Shown one piece after another: positions 1 through 9,360 of a stretch of DNA of 64,000 nt. This stretch comes from an uncultured delta proteobacterium. Lineage in GTDB: Bacteria; Myxococcota; Myxococcia; Myxococcales; Myxococcaceae. Both the position numbers and the translations under genes were made by a program. Numbering within the stretch: the stretch's first letter is position 1; each line of letters starts with the position of its first letter. The notes beneath the pieces are model-generated. The model did no database searches, was not told where the DNA came from, and worked only from the letters and a program-made list of their open reading frames with translations. The stretch is taken from assembly GCA_963713045.1 (NCBI GenBank), contig CAVQKE010000003.1:800001-864000 (forward strand), given 5' to 3'.

Positions 1-124
1 GGCCCTCGGCCACCTTGGGGGGATTGCGCTCGAGCGGCCCCAGGGCCAGCGCCTCAGGCGCACAAAGCAGGCCCCAGGCGAGAAGCCCGGCCGGCAAAAG
101 GGCGTCGCGGCCCGGACCCCTCAT
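1..124 (-). CDS. 5' fragment of a secreted protein, probably the BatC-like TPR protein of the bat operon (runs off the window edge)
   Basis: ATG at 124 overlaps the batB stop (ATGA). It translates MRGPGRDALLPAGLLAWGLLCAPEALALGPLERNPPKVAEG, which is signal-peptide-like. The identity is inferred from operon position. Confidence 0.55.
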   Translation of the reverse strand, partial: MRGPGRDALLPAGLLAWGLLCAPEALALGPLERNPPKVAEG

Positions 125-1173
125 GCCCGTCCTCGGTAGCGGCCCGGCAGCACCAGGCCAGCCACCAGAAGCAGCAGCCCCGGGGCGAGAAACCACTGGA
201 AGCGCTCGTCCCAGCGGACGGTGAGGCGGCTCTCGAGTTCGCTCTTCTGCAGCCGGTCAATCCGTGCCGCCACCTCCGCCACCGCCACCCCGTGCGGCTG
301 GTAGAAGAATTCGCCGCCGGTCAGCTGGGCCAGCGCCTCCAGTCCGGCACGGTCCAGCCGGGTGAGGACGGTATTGCCGGAGGCGTCCTTCTTGTACCCC
401 ACCACCTCGCCGGACTTGCCCAATTCCGGGATGGGCTCCCCGGCGTCGCTGCCAATTCCCACCGTGTACACCTTGATGCCGGCCGTCCGCAGCGACTCGG
501 CCGCTTCCATCTCCTCGCCGGACAAATCCTCGCCGTCGGAGAGCAGCACCACCACCCGGTCCTTGGCGCCTCGGTCGGCGCCCTCCAGCATTTCTTGAGC
601 GAGCAGCAGCGCGGCGCCAATGTTGGTGCCGCCCTGCTGCATCTGCTCGGGGTCGACCGCGCGCAGGAAAAGCTTCGCGGCGGCGTAGTCGCTGGTCAGC
701 GGCGATTGGATGTAGGCGTCGCCGGCGAATGCGACGATGCCCACCCGGTCCCCTTTGAGCGAATCGAGCAGCGCGTTCAGCTCCAGCTTGGCCCGTTCGA
801 GGCGGTTGGGCGTCACGTCCCGGGCCAGCATCGACTTGCTCGCGTCCAGCGCAACCACCAAGTCGATGCCGCGACGCCGGGCCAGCTCGGTGCGACTGCC
901 GCATTGTGGCTGACTCAGCGCCAGCGCAAACAGCACCAGGCCGCCCGCCCTCAGCGCGGCCTGCAGCGTGCTCAACAGGATGCTGACTCCAGGGGCCAGG
1001 GTCGGTCCGAGCCGTGGGCCGAGGAGGGCTTCGACGCGCGGCCGGCGCCGGAGGGCCGCCCGGAGCCCCCACAGCCCGAGGAGGACGGCGAGGAGGGCCA
1101 GCACCAGGTAGCCCGGATGCTCCAACCCCAAGGGGTAGCCGAGAAAGCCGAAGCGAAAGGGGTTCTGGCTCAC
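121..1173 (-). CDS. batB: VWA domain membrane protein, BatB-like
   Basis: N-terminal TM; MIDAS motif DASKSM; PNRLERAK, GTNIG, LLSDGED; C-terminal TM; follows batA. Confidence 0.85.
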   Translation of the reverse strand: MSQNPFRFGFLGYPLGLEHPGYLVLALLAVLLGLWGLRAALRRRPRVEALLGPRLGPTLAPGVSILLSTLQAALRAGGLVLFALALSQPQCGSRTELARRRGIDLVVALDASKSMLARDVTPNRLERAKLELNALLDSLKGDRVGIVAFAGDAYIQSPLTSDYAAAKLFLRAVDPEQMQQGGTNIGAALLLAQEMLEGADRGAKDRVVVLLSDGEDLSGEEMEAAESLRTAGIKVYTVGIGSDAGEPIPELGKSGEVVGYKKDASGNTVLTRLDRAGLEALAQLTGGEFFYQPHGVAVAEVAARIDRLQKSELESRLTVRWDERFQWFLAPGLLLLVAGLVLPGRYRGRA

Positions 1174-2192
1174 GGAAACACCCGAAGCCAGCTGAAGCGC
1201 AAGAGCAGCTCGAGCGCGGCCAGGACGAAGGCGGCCAACAGAAACGGGCTGAATTCCTCCCGCATGTTGGCCATCGCCCCGCCTTCGAGAAGCTTGCTCT
1301 TGTCCAGGCGGTCGAGGACTGAGCGCAGGCCGTTTTGCAAGGACTCGCGGTCGGTGGCGCGGTAGTAGGCGCCCCCCGTCTCGGCGGAGATGGACTTCAA
1401 GAGCTCGGGGTTGATGGCGACTTCCACCTCCCGGTAGGTGGGGTTGCCGAAGAGGTCCGTCCCGTCCGGGAATGGTACCCGGCCGCCCTTGCCGACCAGG
1501 ACCGTGAAAACAGGGACGTGCAGCGACTTGGCCATCGCTGCGGCGTCGAGCGGAGAGATTCTTCCGGCGTTGTTGTCGCCGTCGGTGATGAGGACGATGA
1601 CTTTGCTCTTGGCATCCGAGTCACGCAGCCGGTTGAGTGAGACGGCGATGGCGTCGCCAATGGCGGTGCCGTCTTCGATGACTCGGGTGCGCAGCTGCTT
1701 CACCACTTCCTTCAAAACGCCGTAGTCCAGGGTGAGCGGCGCCTGGGTGTAGGCCGCACCGGCAAACACCACCAGGCCAATGCGGTCGTTCACCCGGCTG
1801 GAGATGAAGTCGTTCAGCGTCTCCTTGGCGACGCTGATGCGGTTGCCTCCGCCGCCGAGCGAGCGGAAGTCGCCGGCTTCCATCGAGGTGCTCAAGTCGA
1901 GGGCGATGACGATGTCGATGCCTTCCACCGAGAGGTCCCGCGTCCTCGCTCCGGACGTCTGGGGACGGGCCAAGGCGACGATGGCCAGGGTCAGGGCCGC
2001 CATGCTCAACACCGGCAACAGGCTGACCGCGCGCGCCCGGAAGCCGGCCGGGCCCAAGGCCACCAGGTGGGCGGCCGAGAAGCGCAGCGCGGCACGGCGG
2101 CGCTGCTGGGCAACGCTGAGCGCTCCCACCAGCGGCACCAGCAGCAGCAGCCACAGCATCCGCGGGTCGTGCCAGAGAAAGTCAGACGGCAT
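1170..2192 (-). CDS. batA: VWA domain membrane protein, BatA-like
   Basis: Start re-called at ATG 2192 (MPSDFLWHDPRMLWLLL). Motifs ALARPQ, GIDIVIALDLSTSM (MIDAS), DGTAIGDA, LITDGDNNAG. Confidence 0.88.
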   Translation of the reverse strand: MPSDFLWHDPRMLWLLLLVPLVGALSVAQQRRRAALRFSAAHLVALGPAGFRARAVSLLPVLSMAALTLAIVALARPQTSGARTRDLSVEGIDIVIALDLSTSMEAGDFRSLGGGGNRISVAKETLNDFISSRVNDRIGLVVFAGAAYTQAPLTLDYGVLKEVVKQLRTRVIEDGTAIGDAIAVSLNRLRDSDAKSKVIVLITDGDNNAGRISPLDAAAMAKSLHVPVFTVLVGKGGRVPFPDGTDLFGNPTYREVEVAINPELLKSISAETGGAYYRATDRESLQNGLRSVLDRLDKSKLLEGGAMANMREEFSPFLLAAFVLAALELLLRFSWLRVFP

Positions 2193-3120
2193 CGACTGGG
2201 ACCGGGGACGGCGGGGGAGTGGTGGCCTCGACCAGGGCGAAGCCGTAGCCGAGCGCCCACTCGGCAGCGGTGGTGGTGATTTCGGCGCGCGCGAATTTGG
2301 CGACATCGCACTGGTCCACGAAACGGTGCAGCTCGGTCGGCTCGAGTCCGGGCGGGTCAAGCCGCTCCACCTCGCGCAGCAACTCTCCGCTGGTGCACTC
2401 CAGCGCCTCGAAGGCGAACCGTTCGCCGAGGTAACTGCGGACAATTTCGGAAAGTCGGAAGTGGTACTCCCGCACCAGCCCCTTCTCGAGCAGGTGCTCG
2501 CCGCGCAGCGCCTCAAGCGCTTCCCGGGTCCGTTCCGGCAGCGGACGCGGAGGGGCCAGCGGACGTCGCCGGCGGCGGTTGGCCAGGGCGCGGCGGATGA
2601 GCAGAGCGCTGGCCACCAACGCGGCCAGTCCCAACAAAAACCACACCAGCCGCCAGCTTCGCACCGGCACATCGGCGTTGGGTTTGATGTCCATCAACTC
2701 GGCGCCATTCTTGGCGGCGTCGGGCGGCAGGCTGGACAGGCCTTCCACCGGCGTCCCAGCCACCGAAGCCGTCCGCGGCGGGCCGCCTCCCACGACGTCA
2801 AAGACAAGGGTGGGAATCGGGTGAGGGCCCAATTCAAAGAGGGCCATTTCCAGCCGGAAGGTGGTGGTGCTTTGGCCGGCGGCGTCGCTGCGCTGTCGGC
2901 CGTTGGAGCGCAGGGCAAAGGCGCCGAGGTCAACCGGGGGGCGCAGCTCCCAGCGCTCGTCGGGGGAGTGCACCACCGTCACGGTGTAGGTGAAGGGCTC
3001 GCCGAGGTGCACTTTGTCCGCGGAAACGGCGGGGGAAATTTTCGGAGGCGTCGGCCCGGCATCGACCGAGTCCGAGGTTGAGAGCAGCACCAGCGCGACC
3101 GCCAATGGGCCAACCATCAC
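2182..3120 (-). CDS. Bat-operon membrane protein (BatD/DUF4381-like)
   Basis: Signal-like N-terminus, beta-rich domain, internal TM, C-terminal LSEIVRSYLGERF...TSGEL...DVAKFA; located between DUF58 and batA. Confidence 0.7.
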   Translation of the reverse strand: MMVGPLAVALVLLSTSDSVDAGPTPPKISPAVSADKVHLGEPFTYTVTVVHSPDERWELRPPVDLGAFALRSNGRQRSDAAGQSTTTFRLEMALFELGPHPIPTLVFDVVGGGPPRTASVAGTPVEGLSSLPPDAAKNGAELMDIKPNADVPVRSWRLVWFLLGLAALVASALLIRRALANRRRRRPLAPPRPLPERTREALEALRGEHLLEKGLVREYHFRLSEIVRSYLGERFAFEALECTSGELLREVERLDPPGLEPTELHRFVDQCDVAKFARAEITTTAAEWALGYGFALVEATTPPPSPVPVDAV

Positions 3121-3998
3121 GCTGCCAGCCTGCGGGCCCGAAGCCGGAAGAAGCGCACCAGCGCCTCGCCATGGTCTTCGCCTGCCCGCAACTCGACGGC
3201 GTCCAGCTCGAGACGCCGGAAGACCTGGGTCCGCTCGGCGCGCCGAGTCCGCATCGCGCGCTGGAAGGCGCTGGCAGCAGCGGCACTCGAGCTGTCCACC
3301 AGCGTGCGTTGCCCGGTCTCCGGGTCCTCCAGCTCCACCAGCCCGAGGCTTGGGAGGGCATCCTCGAAGGGGTCGCGTACCACCACCGGGATGACGTCGT
3401 GGGTGCGCGCGGCGCCCCGGAGGGGCCCCTCGTAGTCCGGCACCAAGAAGTCTGAGATGACGAAGGTGACGGCGCGCCGCTTGGCGACGCGCAGCAACCA
3501 GGTGAGGCCGGCGGCCAAGTCGGTGCCCCGGCCGACGGCGCGGTGCTCGAGAATGTCCGTCACCACCCGCAGGACGTGCTTGCGGCCCTTCTTGGGGGGA
3601 ATGACCAGCTCCACCTGGTCACTGAACAGCACCAGGCCGACCCGGTCATTGTTGGCGATGGCGGAAAAGGCAATCTGCGCGGCGACTTCGGCCGCCATCT
3701 CTCCCTTGGTTTTCCCCTGCGAGCCGAACCCCTGCGAGCCAGAGATGTCCACCAGCAGCATCACCGTCAGCTCGCGCTCCTCGGTGAACACCTTCACGTG
3801 CACATCGTTCATCCGTGCCGTGACGTTCCAGTCGATGGAGCGAATCTCGTCGCCCGGTTGGTAGGGACGCACCTCGGAGAACGCCATGCCCCGCCCCTTG
3901 AAGACGGAGTGGTATTGGCCGGCCAACAGGTTGGACACCACCCGACGGGTGGCAATCTCCAATCGCCGGATGCGTCGTATGAGGTCCCTGGGCAGCAC
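3117..3998 (-). CDS. DUF58 domain protein (MoxR-associated, VWA-like)
   Basis: G.YHSVFKGRGMAFSEVRPYQPGDEIRSIDWNVTAR and FVISDF signatures. Confidence 0.92.
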   Translation of the reverse strand: MLPRDLIRRIRRLEIATRRVVSNLLAGQYHSVFKGRGMAFSEVRPYQPGDEIRSIDWNVTARMNDVHVKVFTEERELTVMLLVDISGSQGFGSQGKTKGEMAAEVAAQIAFSAIANNDRVGLVLFSDQVELVIPPKKGRKHVLRVVTDILEHRAVGRGTDLAAGLTWLLRVAKRRAVTFVISDFLVPDYEGPLRGAARTHDVIPVVVRDPFEDALPSLGLVELEDPETGQRTLVDSSSAAAASAFQRAMRTRRAERTQVFRRLELDAVELRAGEDHGEALVRFFRLRARRLAA

Positions 3999-4018
3999 GG
4001 CGCGCCTCGCAAAACCAG

Positions 4019-5007
4019 TCAGGGTACGGGGACGCGGTCGAAGACGCGCTGCACGATGGCCTCTGGGGTGAGCTCCTCGGCCTCGGCCTCGTAGGTGAGA
4101 CTCACTCGGTGGCGCAGGACGTCCATCCCCACCGCCTTGACGTCTTCCGGGGTGACGAAGCCCCGGTGCCGCAGAAAGGCGTGGGCCCGCGCCGCCAGGT
4201 GCAAAAACAGGGTGGCTCGTGGGCTCGCGCCATATTCAATCGAGCCAGCCAAATCCTTCATCCCGTGGGCGGCCGGGTCCCGGGTGGCGAAGACGACGTC
4301 CAGGATGTAGTCCTTCACCTTGTCGTCGACGTAGATTTGGTGCACCACCGCTCGGGCCCGGGCAATTTGCTCGGTGGACACCACCGGGTGGGCGCGGGGC
4401 AATTCCTCGCGCCCATCCGCTCCATGATGACCCGCTCCTCCTGGCGACTGGGGTAGCCCACCTTCACCTTGAGCATGAAGCGGTCCACCTGCGCCTCGGG
4501 CAGCGGGTAGGTGCCTTCCTGCTCGATGGGATTTTGGGTGGCCAGCACGATGAAGGGGTCCGGCAGCGGGTACGTCTTGTCGCCGATGGTGACCTGTCGC
4601 TCCTGCATCGCCTCCAGCAGCGCCGACTGGACCTTGGCCGGGGCGCGGTTGATTTCGTCGGCCAGGATGACGTTGGCGAAGATGGGGCCCTGGCGGACGG
4701 TGAAGCTCGCCGCCTGCTGGTTGAAAATCATCGTCCCGACCAGGTCCGCCGGCAGGAGGTCCGGGGTGAACTGGATGCGCTGAAAGCGGGCCGAGATGCC
4801 ATCGGCGAAGGTGCGCACGGTGAGCGTCTTGGCCAGTCCGGGCACGCCCTCCAGCAGCACGTGCCCATTTCCCAACAGGCCGATGAGGACGCGCTCCAGC
4901 ATCTGGTGCTGTCCGACAATGACGCGCGAGGTCTCCTTGAGGAGCTCATCCACGAAGCCGCTCTCCTCGCGGACGCGTTCGGTTAGGGCTCGAATGTCGA
5001 AATTCAG
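4019..5007 (-). pseudogene. moxR: MoxR-family AAA+ ATPase, split by a single-base frameshift near 4405-4415 as sequenced (probably an intact gene with an assembly error)
   Basis: The 5' frame has [48 protein letters not shown] and [22 protein letters not shown]. The 3' frame has YGASPRA and VLRHR. Apparent start is CTG at 5007 behind an AGGAGG. Confidence 0.85.
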
Positions 5008-5201
5008 GGGGGTCCTCCTGTCACAACGGGCGGCGGACTGTAGGTGCTCTGGCCGAATGCCAACAACAAGAGACGACTGTGAGGAATTCCGCACGTCTTG
5101 GACGTCGGTCGAGCAGCGCGTTTGACAGTCGAGGCCGTGAAAGGTTTGCTTTGGCCTCGGGCTGGTACGGCTTTTCCACGGGGGCTTCCCGCGCCCTGGC
5201 C

Positions 5202-5690
5202 ATGGAGAGCAGGCTTCAGTCCCAGGGCGGTTTGCAGATGATGACCACCTCGCGCGCCGAGGCGTACTTGGGCCTTCCGGAGTGGGCCCGGCGGATTACC
5301 AGCCAAGTCGAAGTCTGCTTCCACGAGTCACTCCAGGGGACTTGGCGCCCGGACGGCACCGAGGCCGATGCGCCGGTGAGCCTCGAACTGGACAGCTGCG
5401 CTTCCAGTGCGCAGGCGCTGCTCGACACCGGGGAAATGCGCTCGGCGGGGACGCTGAGGCTGGATGGCCTCGCGCGGCAGACAGCAGTGCAGGGGCTGCG
5501 ACACGTCGACTGGGAGAGCGGCCGCATCAGCATGCGGCTGCGCTTCACGGCCGACGACGGTCGGCCCTACCTTCTGGTGGGTGGTTGGACACCGCGGCCT
5601 ATTTCCGACGGCGAGCCGTTCCGCTTCCGACTCGAGTCTGGGGACGGTACGGCGGCTGGGCACGCGGTGCTCAGCGTGGTCCGCCCCTAG
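5202..5690 (+). CDS. Hypothetical beta-rich protein
   Basis: Fills the gap divergent from moxR, with plausible composition; start uncertain (ATG 5202 or ~5238). Confidence 0.55.
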   Translation: MESRLQSQGGLQMMTTSRAEAYLGLPEWARRITSQVEVCFHESLQGTWRPDGTEADAPVSLELDSCASSAQALLDTGEMRSAGTLRLDGLARQTAVQGLRHVDWESGRISMRLRFTADDGRPYLLVGGWTPRPISDGEPFRFRLESGDGTAAGHAVLSVVRP

Positions 5691-5776
5691 CCCTCCCCTA
5701 GCCCAGCGGTGAGGGCTTCGAGGCTGCACAGCCAGCTTGGAGAACTCCCGACCTTTTGTGGCCTCGCTGAAGCCCT

Positions 5777-7354
5777 TCAATTCCCCTCGTCCAGGCGTCG
5801 CTGTTCCAGCCGGCGGGTGGGCAGCCACTCTGGGTGGGCGCGCAGGAAGACGAGGAAATGCTCGCGGACAAGGCAGCGCAGCTCGCCCGTGTCGTCGGCG
5901 TTGGCGGCGCTGACCAGAATCCGGACGGTGGCGGTTTCCGCCGTCGCCTCCACCACTTGGACCTTGGCCAGGCGCCCATTCCACAGCGGTTTCCCCGGCC
6001 CGGCGAGAATGCGGTCGAGCTCCTGGCGCAGTGCTGCGACGTCCACCCGGTAGTCCAGTTGAAGCAGCACCACCCCCACCATGTCCGCCGTGCCTCGGCT
6101 CCAATTTTGGAAGGGCTTCTCGAGGAAGTAGCTGACCGGCACCACCAGGTGCCGGTTGTCCCACAGCCTGAGCACCACGTAGCTCAGCGAGATTTCGGCC
6201 ACGGTCCCACTCTCGCCCTCCACCACCACCGAGTCGCCGATGCGAATCGGCTGACTCAGGGATAGCTGAATGCCTGAGATGAGGGCCCCGATGGACTTCT
6301 GGGCCGCCAGGCCCACCACCACCCCCGCTACCCCGGCGGAGGCCAAAAGCGAGAGGCCCACCGTCCGCACCCCGTTGAACTGCATCAGAAAGGCCGCCAG
6401 CCCGAGCACGTAGACGATGACGGTGAGCACCCGCCACAGCACAACCATCTGGGTGCGGGTCCCAGCGGCGCTCCCACCTCGGGTGACCAGCTGCCGGTCC
6501 ATGGCGCGGCTGGCCACGTTCAGCGCCCGAAGGACAAACCAGGTCGCGGCGATGATGGCCAAAGACTGGCAGACCAGGCCCACCCAGCTCTCCCAGCCAA
6601 CATCGAGCAGCAGCCGGGAGGTCACCGCGCGAAAGGCGACAATGGCCAGGGGCAGTTTGAGCGGACCGCGCGCGGCAACGACCAACTCACTGTCCCAAGA
6701 CAAAGGGGTGAGGCGGGCCAGCCGCTCCAGAGCTGCCAACACCAGCTTTTCCCCGAGCCAGCCCACCACCACCGCCAGCACCAACCCCAAAAGCAGGCCA
6801 AGCCATTGCCAGAGTTCGAGCCCGAGACGGGTGGTGGTGAGAATGGCCGGCATTGGCTCGGGCAGAGGTGGGCCGTAGGCCTCGTACAGGGCATCCACCG
6901 CGCCGACGGTGTCCTTGCTGAAGAGCCACACCGGCCCGTCCGCTGTCCGCAGCCGCACCAGCCGCACCGGCGTCGGGCGGCCGGCCACCTCGAGGCTGGT
7001 CAGCACCACGCTCCCCGGTCCGCTCTCGCCCTCCTTGGGAAGTGCCTTCAAGTCCAGGGCCTGTCGGTCCAGGACGAAGCGCAGCCGTCGCGCCAGCCGC
7101 GCTCCTTCGGAGGCCTGCTGTTCAGGGGGCAACTCATCCAGCCACAAGTCCTGGGCGGCGTCGGCAAAGCGCCCCGCCCGCGCCTCGTTGAGGAAGCCTT
7201 GCACGGTGGCGAAGGGACTCGAGCGGTCGAGGCCCGGCGGCGGCTCTCGCAGGCCGGAATTGAAACCGAAGGCGGCACCGCCGAAGAGAAGCCCGGCGCA
7301 GACGAAGCCGACGTTGCTTCGGCAGCCGGCGCCGAGTTGGCTGAGAATGCGCAC
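5777..7354 (-). CDS. MscS-family mechanosensitive channel with an N-terminal periplasmic domain
   Basis: SLLASAGVAGVVVGLAAQ, QPIRIGDSVVV, GTVAEI, LWDNRHLVVP, FQNWS; several TM helices. Confidence 0.9.
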   Translation of the reverse strand: MRILSQLGAGCRSNVGFVCAGLLFGGAAFGFNSGLREPPPGLDRSSPFATVQGFLNEARAGRFADAAQDLWLDELPPEQQASEGARLARRLRFVLDRQALDLKALPKEGESGPGSVVLTSLEVAGRPTPVRLVRLRTADGPVWLFSKDTVGAVDALYEAYGPPLPEPMPAILTTTRLGLELWQWLGLLLGLVLAVVVGWLGEKLVLAALERLARLTPLSWDSELVVAARGPLKLPLAIVAFRAVTSRLLLDVGWESWVGLVCQSLAIIAATWFVLRALNVASRAMDRQLVTRGGSAAGTRTQMVVLWRVLTVIVYVLGLAAFLMQFNGVRTVGLSLLASAGVAGVVVGLAAQKSIGALISGIQLSLSQPIRIGDSVVVEGESGTVAEISLSYVVLRLWDNRHLVVPVSYFLEKPFQNWSRGTADMVGVVLLQLDYRVDVAALRQELDRILAGPGKPLWNGRLAKVQVVEATAETATVRILVSAANADDTGELRCLVREHFLVFLRAHPEWLPTRRLEQRRLDEGN

Positions 7355-7362
7355 GGAAGGGA

Positions 7363-7632
7363 CTAGCGGCCGGCCACGCCCGCCTTGCCTCGCACCTTGA
7401 GCCGCTTCACCTTACGAGCCAGGGTGTTGCGGTCGACGCTGAGAAAAGCCGCCGCCGTGGAGAGTTGCCCCTCGTTGCGCTCCAGTGCCTGGCGCAGGAC
7501 GGCGCGGTCCACCTGGTCGAGCAGCGTCCGGTAGAGTTCCGGCACTTTCCGACCGTGGAGCTGGTCGAGGAAGTGACCCAAGCGGAGGTAAACCAACTCT
7601 TCCAGCGGCAATTTCAGGGGGTCTGCGGCCAC
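7363..7632 (-). CDS. Stand-alone Fis-family helix-turn-helix protein
   Basis: LY..LLDQVDRAVLRQALERNEGQLSTAAAFLSVDRNTLARKV matches the Fis/NtrC C-terminal HTH pattern. Confidence 0.8.
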   Translation of the reverse strand: MAADPLKLPLEELVYLRLGHFLDQLHGRKVPELYRTLLDQVDRAVLRQALERNEGQLSTAAAFLSVDRNTLARKVKRLKVRGKAGVAGR

Positions 7633-7737
7633 GAACGCCCCACGGTGGAGACGACGGTGGGCCAGCGCTTACAGCACCCTCCAGGGGCACAGGTCAACGA
7701 CCGCGCGCAGTCCAGGGGTTGTGGTACACACCCCCCA

Positions 7738-9281
7738 GTGGAGTTGACGCACGTTCGGCGGAAGTTTCCGCCGCGCCGCTGGCTGGCTCCAGCCGTCGCG
7801 GCCCTGCTGCTGTTGTGGTGTGCGAGCTGGGGGCTGGGGCGGGCCCGGGCCGCCGCTTCGGCCGACGGCGGAGCCAGCGGCCGCCTCGCTCTCTTCATCA
7901 CCGCGGACCTCCAGGGCCAGCTGCTGCCCTGCGGTTGCAGCGCCGGCATGCGGGGGGGGCTGGGCCGCGCTGCAGCCCAGCTGGCACTGGCCCGCACCGA
8001 CGGCCTCAGCGTGGTGTACCTGGACGCCGGCGACGCCCTCTTTGACCGCGCCGGGCTCCAGCCGGACGAGGCGGTGGAGGAGGAACAAAAGCCCAGGCGG
8101 TGGCCGAGGCCCTTCGACGGATGGGCCTGTTGGCCCGGGCCACCGGACCACTCGACGACGTCCAGGGCCCTGGCTTTCGCCGTTCGCTCGGCTTGCCCGA
8201 ATTGTCGAGTGGCACCGGCCGGCTCATCAGCGTCGGGGGCCACCGACTGGGCGTGGTGGCAGCCCACTCCGCCGAGGAACTCGCCCAAGCCGCCGCGCGG
8301 GTGCGCGCGGATGGCGCGGAATTTGTCGTCGGCCTGTACGGCGGCCCGCTCGACGCCGCGCTCAGTGCAGTGCATGGCACCGAGGGCCTGGACCTGGTGG
8401 TGTCCGCCCAGGACGCTCCGCTCGTCTCCGTGGGCGACGAGAGCCGCCTGGTGAGAGGCCCCGTCCCGGTGGCCCGTGTGCAGAGCCGGGGCCGGGCTCT
8501 GCTTCGGGTGGACTTGGTCTTCGACGGGTCGGGCCGCTTCCAACTGTTCGGCTCGCCGGAGGACGTGATGCGTGAAGCGGCGACCCTGGACGAGCGCATC
8601 GCCCTCCTCAAGAAGGAGCTCGCGCTGCCGGGCCAGAGCCGCGAGAGAAAGGACCTCCTCACCGAGCGCCTCAAAACCCTGGTTGACAAGCGGGGCGCGC
8701 TGGCTCCAGCGCCGCCCGTGTCCGGAGTCAACGGCTTTACCGTGCGCTTCATCCCGTTGGAGACGACGCTGCCCAGTGACGCCGCGGTGGACAGTGTGGT
8801 GGCGGCCTTTGATGCGGACGTTTCGAAGCTGAATCTGGCCTGGGCCAAGGCGCACGGCCGGGACTGTCCACCCCCCGGCGAGGGGGAGGCCGCTTACCTC
8901 GGCAACGCAGGGTGCAAGGCCTGCCACGCTGCCAGCTTCGTCGTCTACCGGGAGACGGGGCACGCCCGCGCCTACCAGCAGCTGGAAAATGTCCACCAGC
9001 AGTACCGGCTGGAGTGCGTGGCCTGCCACGTGGTGGGCTTTCAGCAGCCGGGCGGGGTGTGCCGCGTGGACCACGTCGCCACCCGGGAGGGGGTGGGGTG
9101 TGAAAATTGCCACGGGCCAGGCTCGCTGCATGCCGCGCGGCCGAACACCCAGCCGATGCCCCGCAACGCCCCGACAGGTGGGGTGTGCGTCGGATGCCAC
9201 ACCCCGGAAAACTCACCTCACTTCGACTACTCGCTTTACCTGCCCCGGGTGCTTGGACCGGGACATGTCGCCAGGCGTTGA
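7738..9281 (+). pseudogene. Secreted metallophosphoesterase(UshA)-like / tetraheme cytochrome c (c554-type) fusion, split by a -1 frameshift at ~8090 as sequenced
   Basis: The 5' frame has a signal peptide, ITADLQGQLLPCGC..GGL and YLDAGDALF. The 3' frame (8100-9281) has four CxxCH motifs: CKACH, CVACH, CENCH, CVGCH. Adding one base at CAAAAGCCC gives ...EEQKAQAVAEAL... Confidence 0.75.
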
Positions 9282-9306
9282 CGCTCCGTCACCGGCACCT
9301 TACGCT
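9278..9306 (+). promoter_or_regulatory. Putative sigma70-type promoter for mltD
   Basis: TTGACG (9278-9283), 17-nt spacer, TACGCT (9301-9306), 55 nt upstream of ATG 9361. Confidence 0.4.
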
Positions 9307-9360
9307 TGTGCACATTCGCTTCGCTTCCCTCGCCCCGCGCGGTCGCGCGGCGCCTCCTGA

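Noticed and set aside
1..5007. moxR-DUF58-VWA-VWA-TPR operon as a novel system
   Set aside because: It matches the already described Bat-type MoxR/VWA operon
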